64,000 bases of DNA from the human T2T-CHM13v2.0 reference genome, Homo sapiens: assembly GCF_009914755.1 (NCBI RefSeq), contig NC_060927.1; one strand, 5' to 3'. Positions 41,221 to 51,836 of the stretch are shown in pieces. The notes beneath the pieces were generated by a model, which ran no database searches, was not told where the DNA came from, and worked only from the letters and a program-made list of their open reading frames with translations. The position numbers and the translations under genes are program-made. The first letter of the stretch is position 1. The number at the start of each line of letters is the position of its first letter.

Positions 41221-41540
41221 AGCCGGGCACAGTGGCTCACACCTGTAATCCCAGCACTTTGGCAGGCAGATCACCTGAGATCAGGAGTTCGAGACCAGCC
41301 TGGCCAATGTGGTGAAACCCTGTCTCTACTAAAAGTACAAAAATTAGTCGGGTGTGTGGTGGCAGCCACCTGTAATCCCACCTACTCAGGAGGCTGAAGC
41401 AGGAGAATCACTTGAACCCAGGAGGCTGAGGTTGCAGTGATCCAAGATTGCACCACTGCACTCCAGCCTGGGCTACAAGAGCGAAACTCTGTCTCAAAAA
41501 AAAAAAAAAAAAAAAAAGAGAGAGAGAGAGAAAGAAAGAA
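41221..41540 (+). mobile_element. AluS with A/GA-rich tail
   Basis: agccgggcacagtggctcac...poly(A); TSD gaaaa(g/t)gcagtgtca. Confidence 0.95.
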
Positions 41541-41979
41541 GAAAATGCAGTGTCAAGTAAGACCATAGGAAACATACTTAGCTGTCCTACTGGCCTCTCC
41601 CACAAGTCAGGGAGAGGGAAATCCCTTAAGAGCATGGAAGCAGGAAGTAGTTGAGGGACAAGACATGACCCAGCAGCAGAAACAAGGCCCTCGCCTCCCA
41701 CATGCAAACGCAGGGCAACCAGCAGGCAGGTCGGCCTCTGAGGTGATGACACAAAAGACACCATGTGGCATCAGAAACCGGGGGTGGATGATTCCCCAGG
41801 GCCAGCACAGTGGCTTCCCAGGCCCAGAGTGAGAGGCCTGAAGACAAGATTTGCACCAGAGCTGCAGAGGGAGGGATGTGCAGGAGAACATGTGTACGTG
41901 TAGTACTGAGCTTCGGGCACGGAGGCACTGACTCTCGGTTAGGGATAGTGACTCATGGGACAGAAGCGTTTCCCTCAAG

Positions 41980-42430
41980 CTCTTCCTTTCCATCTTGGGC
42001 ATGGGAGAATGGCTCCCACAAGAAGGGTGGCAAGAAGAAGGGCCATTCCGCCATTAACAAGATGGTGACCTGAAAATACACCATCAATATTCACAAGCAC
42101 ATTCAAGAAGCATATTCAAGAAAGGGCTTCAAGAAGTGTGCCTCTCCAGCACTCAGAGAGATTGAAGGAGAGGGGGACTTCAGATGTGCACATTCATACC
42201 AGGTTCAACAAAGCTGTCTGGGCCAGAGGACTAAGGCACGTCCCATACCGTCATGCGCGGCTATCCAGGAAACGTAATGAGGATGAAGTTTCAACAAACA
42301 AGCTCTATATTTGGTTACCTATGTACCTGTTACCACATTCAAAAATCTGGTCAATGTGGATGAGAACTAACTGCTGATTGTCACATATGCCAAATAGAGT
42401 TACAAAACCACAAAATCAATAAATAAAATG
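41980..42430 (+). pseudogene. RPL31 (60S ribosomal protein L31) processed pseudogene
   Basis: 5'TOP-like ctcttcctttcc; ATG at 42009; intronless; pieces translate to [57 protein letters not shown] and [18 protein letters not shown] (TAA 42368-42370), matching RPL31; frameshifts, premature TGA at 42071, A-rich tail. Confidence 0.92.
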
Positions 42431-43713
42431 AAATTGGGATCTGTTTGTTAACAGAGATGCTGGTTGCTGGACACACAGGCGCAATCGTAAGGTGCAAGTG
42501 TGTTTTCATCAATCTGTTAGCAAATGTTCTCTTTTGGTAGAAAGTCTGACAGGTCGCTTAAACAAGTGGGTTTTCAAAGTCACCTACTGGGCCCTTGGGG
42601 AGGAGGTGGTAGGCAAGGGGCTCTGGGAGTCTGGCTCCTGCTTCATTCCCAAAAGATGTGCTTTTCGTAGTACAGCTTATTGAGATAGGATTCACCCCAG
42701 GTGTACAGCTCAATGGCTATATTCAGTTATATTCACAGTTACACAGCCCTCACACATTAGCAGATGAGCTTTTATCTGATTTTGTCTGTCTGATCTCTGA
42801 AGAAGATTATATTTGAATGGGGAAAAGATTCAAGTTTGAAATTACCGTTACAATCTAACTGTAGTTTAAGAACCTTTTCTAAAGAGACTATGGTTTGCAA
42901 GTTCTCTTTAAAATCCCAAAGAGAACCAGGAAATAAACTTGACTTCTAAAACTGATAGGGTAGAAGTTATAGTAGTCATTCATTTTTTTTTTTTTTCCCA
43001 CAGAAGGGACATTTAGGACCTTATTCAGCTTTTTTAAAAAGTCCTCTTGCACACTTCCAATGTGGTTAGGGGAATTTTGAATAGGCAGGACGAGGCTTCC
43101 AGAAGACCCATGGATACAGCTGAAACAGGCTTAGTGGTCCAGGATGAAGGGAGGTCTCAATTAGCAGATGGAGCTAGTCGGTGTAGGAGCAAATCCTTTT
43201 GCACACCCAGACCATCCCCCAAGGCATTGGGGGACATGTTGTGATGATTGTTGTTCAGATTAACAATTACAATTAAAGAATACCAAGATCATTTCAGCAG
43301 AATGTCCACCAAAAAACCTTGAAGATTTAAAGGTTAAAGGTCACAGCAAGATGAGTCCGTGTGAAGATTTCCCTTATTGTCCAGCACATTGTAAATACCC
43401 AATAAACATCCTTTGCGTTTTTCCTTGGGAAGGTCATGTCTGTAAAATATCTCATTCCTTGTTGATGTCAGATAAGGCATTCAGGAACTAGTTTTTGCTT
43501 ACTAACTTGAAGGGAGCATTCTCGCTTGGGCTTATTTGGGGGCAAAGACTAATCATAGAGCATGCTGTTGTTCTCCAGCTAGAGATGCATGCTTCCCTGC
43601 CGGGGGACTGGGCTAATCAGATTATTATCAGTTGACAAGTTTGGTTATTTTCAGTTGACAAATTTAGTTCTCCACCTCTAAACACTCATTTATCACCTCT
43701 GCTTTATTCACAG

Positions 43714-43766
43714 GACATGTTCCCGATTTGAGGTGAAACCATGAAGAGAAAATAGAATACTTAATA
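43714..43766 (+). other. PXYLP1: 5'UTR part of the start-codon exon, with uORFs MFPI* (43717-43731) and MKRK* (43741-43755)
   Basis: ctttattcacag|GACATG acceptor at 43713/43714. Confidence 0.85.
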
Positions 43767-43845
43767 ATGCTTTTCCGCAACCGCTTCTTGCTGCTGCTGG
43801 CCCTGGCTGCGCTGCTGGCCTTTGTGAGCCTCAGCCTGCAGTTCT
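43767..43845 (+). CDS. PXYLP1: PXYLP1 coding exon 1: MLFRNRFLLLLALAALLAFVSLSLQF (short cytoplasmic tail + type II signal anchor)
   Basis: Recognised PXYLP1/ACPL2 N-terminus; phase-1 donor T|GTGAGT joins in frame to 61935. Confidence 0.96.
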
Positions 43846-44751
43846 GTGAGTAGAGCCGGGCCCCGCAGGTCGTGGGAGGGTAGGGGCTTCATAGGAAACA
43901 AGGAGGCCCCAAAGGCTTGTTTTATAAATGAATGATGAGGCTGAAGACAACGAAGTCTTTTTATTGTTGGCACTCACAGTGGCCGGTTGCAAGGAGGGAT
44001 CCTAAACCACCGAGCAGTGTTCTGTGTGCTCTTTTGACTTTTGCATGAATTCCTGAACTGCCTGGTTATTCCCAGATTTTTTGTTCAGATTCACCAGATG
44101 GAGACACTGAGTGGCCCTGCTTGACTTCTTATGCTGAACCACACAGAGCAGAGGTGTTTAGCCCTTTGATTGGGTCCTTGCAAGTTGGGTGTCTGTTTAG
44201 CCTTCAGTCAGCCGCGGGGCTGGAGTTGTTTCGGGGAGGGTGGGGAGATTAGGTCACCAGTATCAAACCCACCCCCCAGGCAGCAGGGGCTGCATGGGAA
44301 ATCCCCTGTGACGAGACAGGAGGACTCTGATAAAGCCAGGCCATGGGCCTCACCATGCAGCATCCTCCACTGAGATTCCTAGGCTCAGGCCAGGCCCCAA
44401 ATCTGTGCACACTACAGCTCACCTAAGAGTGGCTGTTCTCAGACACAGATCTGGCCCCAGGACCTCCTTAGTGGCAACACCTCAGTGGTGGCCCATGGTC
44501 TTCTGAGAGGCCCCTTGCCCTCCTGTGGCCCCTCTCTGCTGCTTCTGTGCTCAGATCCTGGTGCTCCTTTGCCAAGAGCGTTCTCCTCCTCACCCCCTCT
44601 CATTGTTTCCCTTTCAGCCCTTGCCCCTTCTCCTCTAGGACCCTTCCAGGAATACTTAAGGGTTTGGTGCTTCTTTTATATACATCAGGATGCCCTGAAT
44701 CCTTGAACCTGTCTCCCTCCCTCCTTCCCTTCCTTCCTTCCCCCGTTTTTT

Positions 44752-45218
44752 TCTTGAAATAGGGTCTTAGTCTGTTGCCCAGGCTGGAGTGCAGTAGCAC
44801 GATCACAGCTCATTGCAGACTCAACATCCGAGTTTAGGAGTTTAGGTAATCTTCCCACCTCAGCTTCCTGGATAGCTAGGACTGGAGGCGTGCACCACCA
44901 CACCTAGCTAATTTTTTGTATTTTTATAGCGACAGGGCAGGGTTTCACCATGTTGCCCAGACTGGTCTCAAACTCCTGACCTCAAGTGAGAACATAGGTG
45001 TTACATAAGCATAAACCTGTGCATTATGGATTAGTGCCATTTTTTTCAGCACAATAATAAGCAACCAATAAAGCAATTAAATAAATGGAGCAATTAAACT
45101 CCATTTCTACAGAAATGGGGAAATTCCAAAGTCACAGTTTACCTAGAAGAAGAAGAGCAGTAAGAACATCAGCCTCCCTAAGTTCTGGTATTACAGGCGT
45201 GAGCCACCACGCCCGGCC
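44752..45218 (-). mobile_element. AluJ-like element split by a non-Alu insert at 44987-45170
   Basis: Alu reads to ...gacctcaagtga, then resumes at agcctccc...gtgagccaccacgcccggcc. Confidence 0.9.
44987..45170 (-). repeat. Inverted copy of 46290-46468
   Basis: Hand alignment of the reverse complement gives about 89% identity with a 48-bp perfect core. Confidence 0.95.
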
Positions 45219-46286
45219 CCCTCCTTTCACTAACCATGCACTAGTATAATTTTCAGTTCTTGTGTCTTTTCCTTCTACCAGATTGTCTGCTCGTTGAGAG
45301 CAGGACCACATCCTGTTTCTCTCTGTATCCCAGGAACCAGCACTGCCTAGCACGTAGTAATATTTTGTAAATGTCTGCTGAATGCATGAATCCATGCCTG
45401 CTCTAAAAAGCAGATGGAACCTTATTTTCTTTCCTTCTGTTGCTGTGTATTTGAAGCTGAGAAAACATCTGTGTGATGCCAGGAATTGTGTTGTTGCTGT
45501 CACCTGCCTTCTCTCCGTTTAACCACCTCATCCTGATGGGTGGGAGACAAGCAGTTGGCACCCACACCACCCAGGACAGCTGTGTGAGGAGGGGCATTTC
45601 TGTTGCAGTTTGAATGATGGAAAGAAGGGCAGGTGGCTCGGTAAGTGGGATGTTATGAGTACACAGAGGAACATGGGGAAGGCTTGGCTCTAGGAGGAGG
45701 TGGTTTCAAGAGAGGAGACTTTGAGGAAGTTTCTCTGATTCACTTCCAATTGTGACATATTTCCATGTACATGCATATGACAGCCTATTTCTAATAGTAA
45801 AAAGAATTTAAAATACTCGTTTTATCCTTCCAGAATTGGAAAAGAGGTCAAAAGAAGGTGGGCATCAGAAGTTTAAAAATATTCCAGATGGCAAATGAAT
45901 TGTAAAATCTGAATCCTTTCCAAAAAGTGTGGTAAGATATTCAGTAGTTTAATTGTTTATAAATTTTCATTAAAAATTTTCCATCCTTTGGTTGGAGAGG
46001 TAGGATGTTACAGTCAACCCTGATTTTATTTTGAGAGGCTGACAGGTTCTGAGACATGAATGTGTGTTACTTGTGTTTGTGGCATTTCTCTTGCATGAGC
46101 TGGTTTCCACGTCACTGAATTGGCCTGTGTGTTTTGCTTATATAACTCTTCTGAAAGTACCTTCTGTTTTAGGAAAGCCAATTTTCAGCCATACTTTTTT
46201 AAGGAAAATTTTGCAGGGTAAATTAGCCTGTCTGGGTCTGAGCTCTTTATTCTTGGATACGTTGGAGATCGGAAAGATATTAAGAT

Positions 46287-46314
46287 ATGGACGTTCTTAC
46301 TGCTCTTCTTTTAG
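46287..46314 (+). CDS. PXYLP1: Candidate alternative coding start segment, MDVLTALLL + phase-1 donor
   Basis: gatATGG (G at -3, G at +4); TTAG|GTAAAC donor in frame with exon 61935; no expression evidence in the sequence. Confidence 0.4.
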
Positions 46315-48259
46315 GTAAACTGTAACTTTGGAATTTCCCCATTTCTGTAGAAGTGAGTTTAATTGCTCCATTTATTTAATTGCTTTATTGGTTGCTTATT
46401 ATTATACTGTAAGAAACAGCACTAATTCATAACGCACAGGTTTCGCTTATATACCACTTATGTTCTCATTCTTATCCTAAAATATATGGACTTTTTTCTT
46501 TACCATTTCTTTTTACTTATTTTTGAATACCAAATTAGCATATATAATTACTTTAAGTAACATATTTGAGGCAACTAAGTATAACTCGGTTTTCTCATGC
46601 TTTAAGTAAAGAATATAGCTTTGTTATCTGAAATGATCGTATATCTTATTTGGTCTTATTGGTAGTTTTCTTTTCCTGATGTTTTGAATGTGAAGAAGAA
46701 ATAGCCCAGGTTACGATTCAAAAATCAGATTGCTTAAATAAGTATGTCTTCCTCTGGATACAGAAAGTATGTAGTGAACCTACATATATTTATTAAGTGC
46801 TTATGTGTGTTTGACGTTTTTCTACACTGTGGAAGTGGAGGTAGTAAGGAAATACAGAAAAGATTAAGATACTGTTCACAGTTTCTCAAAATATGTTCAT
46901 CTTAAATGGTGCTAATGACTTGCTATATGCTAATTGTCTTTAATAAAAATAAGTCTATGTTTTCAAGTCTTTAATGTTTTGTGTTTGGAAGGTGAAACAT
47001 TCTGAAATTCCTGATGTTTGAATTGTAGAAGGGAACAGGCAAGGCATAGATATTTTTGGTTATTGTAGTTAAAATACATACAAGTGGAAAAATAACTTCA
47101 AATTAAAGGACTCCTTTAGTGCAGCAAGGAAAGACTGTCAGGATGTGAAGACTTAGGAATCATGAGTTATGTTTCCACTTTTTGTGCTCATTTGTAATCA
47201 TTCACTTCCCTCCTTGGCCCTTGCATTTTCTTAATGCTGATTTTATGCTCATTTCTCCATGTTCTGACCACCATTCCCAAAATGGTGTTGTGACAGGAGC
47301 ACGCAGGCTCTAGAATCATAATTTGAATGTCAGCTTCCCTGCTAAGTGGCTGTGTGTCCTATTCCTTCTTCTGTAAAATAGAGTTAATTATTGCTGTTTT
47401 GCAAGGTTGCTGTGAGAACGGAGATACGGGAAAACCCTTGGCTCATGGAAGCATAGCCAACATAAACCTTTTAAGCAAACCAGCGCAGAGTTCCGTCATA
47501 GTGCACCATCATCAGAAACCAGGGCTCCTGGTGTTCCAGAAGTTGCCAGAGTTTATGTTACTTCAGCCACTTGGTGGGGAAAGCTTTTGAAATAGATCAC
47601 GCATGCATTTGTTTTTAATCAGAGTGCGTTGGCCATGATGGGGTTAATTTATACTGAGCACATGGCACCCATATCTGGGGTTTCCCTCTTGGTCAGGGCC
47701 CCGATTGGCCAGAGCAGAGTCGAAGGAAATGCTGAAGGTGAACTGGAGATTCAGATTCCCAGTGGGAAAAGAGGAAAAGAGGAGGGCTAACCTGCAAAAA
47801 TGAGAGTGAGGGTTGCTGTCAATATCTGAAGGGCCCTTTCTGCAAGAGGAGGTGAACATGGAGACACATTTCAGTTAAGCATATGGTAGAACTTCCTAAA
47901 AGTCAGTGCCATGCAGAGGTGGAATGGATGGTGTGTTCTCCGTCACTGGAGTCTGCAAACTCTGGAGGGCTGCTCTTTGAAGAGTAAAGTATTGGACAGG
48001 TCATTGAGTCTGATCCCATTTAAAGTCTCTTTAAACTCTAGGTTTTATGAATTTTATCTTTTCTCATTGATCCAGTGCCATGAGTATGTGACACTTTGTT
48101 CTTTAGCAAATGTTCTTTAGTTTCCACTGTGTGTTAGGCCCCGGGCTGAGAGTTTAATCCCTCATGGGCCCCAGGGAGCTCTTTGTCCAGTGGAGAAGAA
48201 TCACAAGCCGACACCCTGGAATACCAGGTGCTGTGTGCTGGGACAGGTAAGAGGCAGCA

Positions 48260-48510
48260 GCACAGTGGGGTCAGAAAGAACGTGGGCTCTGGAGTCAGAC
48301 TGCCTGGATCAAATCCTTGTCCTGCCACTTACCAGCTATGTGACCTCAGGCAACTTCTTTACCCTCTCTGTGCCTTGGTTTCCCCATCTGTAAAATGGGG
48401 ACAATGATAGTTCGTATTTCATAGGGTTGGCAAAGGATTCAGCAAACTAATATTTATAAAACACCCAGAACAGTACCTGGCACATAGTAATCACTACGTA
48501 TGTGTTTGTT
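48260..48510 (+). mobile_element. MIR SINE, near full length
   Basis: 'gggctctggagtcagactgcctggatcaaatcc...tccccatctgtaaaatgggg...aacagtacctggcacatagtaa'. Confidence 0.85.
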
Positions 48511-48863
48511 AAACAAATGAATTAGAGATCATTTATGGAAGAGTAGTATGAGAGACTAGAGTACAGGAACCCAATCCAGCTTGGAGTTGGGGAAGACCCC
48601 CTAAAAGAGGTGGCATCTGAGTTCATCCTTTAAAGAAAGCAGGAGTGGTCAAGGAGGCAGCTGAGTACAGGTGCTCCTGGCCAAATGTGCAAAGGCAGAG
48701 TGAGAGAGAGCAGGCCCAGGTGAGTCACCTGTAGGTAGTTGTGAAGTTGGAACAAAGTCTGGGACCTACCTCCTATCACTACACTATTCCTGAGGCTGTG
48801 AGGAGCCACTGAAGCGAGGAAGACACCATCAGATTTGTGTCTTGGAAAGACTACAGTCCAGCA

Positions 48864-49065
48864 CAGTGTTTTCCAAAGCACCTTCATCAGAATAACCTGG
48901 GAAGCTTGTCAAAATGCATGTTCCAAAACCAAAAAAAAAAAAAAAGCACATTTTGTGCCCTTCCTTACAGAATCAGAATCTTGGTGGTAGTGGAACCCAG
49001 AAATCTGCATCTTTAACAAACTCCCTGGGTGAGTCTAATGCACACAAAATCTAAGAACTGCCAAT
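48864..49065. mobile_element. MER5-family (hAT-Charlie) DNA element
   Basis: 'catcagaataacctgggaagcttg', 'atcagaatct', 'aatctgcatctttaacaaactccctgggtga'. Confidence 0.7.
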
Positions 49066-50210
49066 CCAGAGGCTTGTGAAAGGGTGATGCTGGGAGGCAC
49101 CTCAGAGGCTGTTTTGCTCATCTAGTAGCAAGCTGAGGGTGGCCCCAATGAAGGTATTGACCCTGAAAGGAAGAAGCAAAGCCAAGAGACGTCATGGTGG
49201 TTCTGTGGAACTCTAGCTAATTGGGTGGTGTCGTGGGGCTAGGATGATGGTATCGGGGGGACTCTACCATGGCACCCAGGAGTCTGGCTCGGGGAGTTCA
49301 GTAGACACTTCATTCATGCATGCATTCATTCACGTAAATGACTCATCTCCATCTGGGATAAGTCTGCCATAGGTGGAAGTAAATTCTCAGAACACAGACT
49401 GGGAAGTCAACCATGCAGGGCTGGTGGCTCCCTGGGTCTGAAGAAAGAGGCCACGGGAAAGTGCTCAGAGCAGGAAGGGAAGTGGGACAGGGCCTAAGCA
49501 GCAGGACAATCTGGGGCAGAGCAGGAAGGAGACCAGGCTGGGAGGAGTCACTGAAGGGCATGGACATCATTGGAGGTAGCCAGCGGGCCCAGTGGATGCA
49601 GTGTCCTGCCTAAGAGTGGACCTGAGGGTCTGAGGCCTATGAGAGACCCTGTCAGAAGCCACCATCTGGGGACTTTGTATTCCCTGCTGGTGAAGCCCTG
49701 GTTTCCGGAGGACCAGGGCTCCTTGGAGCAGTGGAAGCTGCTCCAGACCAACAGCCTGTGAACTTGTTTTGTTTGGCCCAACCCCTGTTTTTAGATTTTT
49801 TAATTTATTTACCAAAGTTTTAAAACTAGGCAATTTCATGTAAACTTCCAGCTCCTCTTTGAAAAACCAGACTCTGCAGCAACCTGAGGCCCACGGAGCA
49901 TTACGGGGACCGCTGGCAGGAGCCGGGCAGCTGAGTCGGGGCTGCCACCCTGGGTGGGGAGAGTGCTGTCTTGGTCGCCACAGCGCCCACCTGCCTAGTC
50001 CCTGTCAGCTTCTGAATTTGTGCCCTGCGGTGCAGATGGAAGAGAGAGCCAAAAGAAAATCTGGGCAGATAGAGGACAAGGGGCCACGAAGGAGACAGAA
50101 CAGCAGCAGCCAGGGGGTGGACTGTGGACAGGAGTGGTCTAGAAGCCAAGGGGGCAACCTGCTTAGAAGTTCTCAGGTGGGGAGCTGAGGAGGCCCCACT
50201 TAGCCAGCTC

Positions 50211-50322
50211 TGTGTGTGTGAGAGAGGGAGAGACAGAGGGAGAGAGGGAGAGAGAGAGATGGGGGGAGAGAGGGAGAGATGAGGGGGAGAGAGGGAGAGA
50301 CGGCGGGGGGAGAGAGGGAAAG
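50211..50322. repeat. (TG)n followed by GA-rich low-complexity tract
   Basis: Read directly. Confidence 0.85.
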
Positions 50323-51412
50323 AGTGTGCATGTGTTTTCGATAGTTTCCCTGGGAACTCTTCTACCTGCAGAGCTATCGTGTTTCCTGTGGCCCTGATCC
50401 CCTATATCCCCTCCCTTTTTCTGTGCTGCTTTCAGTCTGATATCCGCTAAGAAAGAAAATAACAATGCTTGATAGAACAGTGTGTACATTAACATAGAAC
50501 TGCCTCTGAGTAGGCAAGCAAGGAGCCCTGACAGGTGCCAGGGTGCTGTGACACCTTCCTCGGTGGTTCAGACCCTTGTGTCCTCAGTCCTGCTCACTCT
50601 TGTAGATGGCCATTAGCATTTGTGGTTTCGACTCTTTGCAGGGACCCCTGAGATCTGTAGTATATGGTGATAGTGATTCTGCCGAGGCACACGTCTTGAT
50701 GAAAGTAGCAGGAAGTGAGCTGCTCAGCTGCTGAGGGAGCCACGTCCTGCCACACAGCCAGGGGAGGTGGTCGTCCTCTGTTCTTTGTCCTGTGTACGTT
50801 CAGTGGAGAAAAGTACAGAGTGGTATGTTTGAATGTGGGGATGCGTGAAGATCTCAGTATGCTTCATGGAAAAGATTTGGGGATGCAAGCCCTTAGAATG
50901 CACAGGGTCTAACGTACTGCGTCCTCTATTCTAAAAGCCCCAATGCGCTTCCTCCTGAGCTTTTATTTTGTTCAGCTGGAGACAAAAAGTATGAGAAATT
51001 GAAAGTGAAGGTTTACATTGTTAACCTAAGAGTTCTGTCATATCGCCATCTCTTCATTGTGACCAAAGTTTTAAATTCTGTATTTTTTGTTAATTTTGGT
51101 CCTTTTCTTAAAGATTTTACTTTCTGTTTGATTTCTGGGAGTTTTAATTTGCTTTTCCTCAGAATGCTTTATGTCCAGTTGCCACATAGAGTTAAATATC
51201 TGCAGGTGAAAAAAAAAAAAACACCATAGATGAGTGACAAAATTAAATCTGACAAATAAGCTGTTGTCACAATTTCTTAAGCTCATGTTGTAGATGCATT
51301 GGAGTGGGAAGGTGAGAGTGTCATGTAGCAGGTTCTTCTGCAAGCTGAGAATGGACACATTTATGTCTGTGGGTCATTCCTAGTTTTCTTTCAGGGTGGA
51401 GCTAGATAATGA

Positions 51413-51521
51413 CCTCCCTCCCTCCCTCTCTGTCTCCCTCCCTCCCTCTGTCCCTCTCTGTCTCTCTCCCTCTCTCCCTCTCTCCCACCTTCCCTTTCTC
51501 TCTTCTTCCCTTTTTTCTTCT
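51413..51521. repeat. CT-rich polypyrimidine tract
   Basis: Read directly. Confidence 0.85.
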
Positions 51522-51757
51522 TAGTTCCTTATCTTAAAGAAGTTCTCATCAATAATTAGATGAGGGGATAGAGATATCTGTTTAAAGATGTTTACTGCAG
51601 CATCATTTGTAATAGGAAACAAAGGAGAAGGCAACCAACGTGTACAACAGTAAATACCCCATTACCTCATGATCACATAGACCTGTCTCTATTGACTTGG
51701 AAGGTTGTGCATAATATATTAAATTTTAAAATGGTACCTTTATATGCGGGTGGGTGG

Positions 51758-51759
<2 letters not shown>

Positions 51760-51835
<76 letters not shown>
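51760..51835. repeat. Compound (GA)n(GT)n microsatellite
   Basis: Read directly. Confidence 0.95.

Positions 51836-51836
<1 letters not shown>

Noticed and set aside
43734-43736. Selenocysteine or programmed readthrough at the in-frame TGA
   Set aside because: Poor readthrough context; the 3'UTR where a SECIS would lie is outside the window, so it cannot be supported
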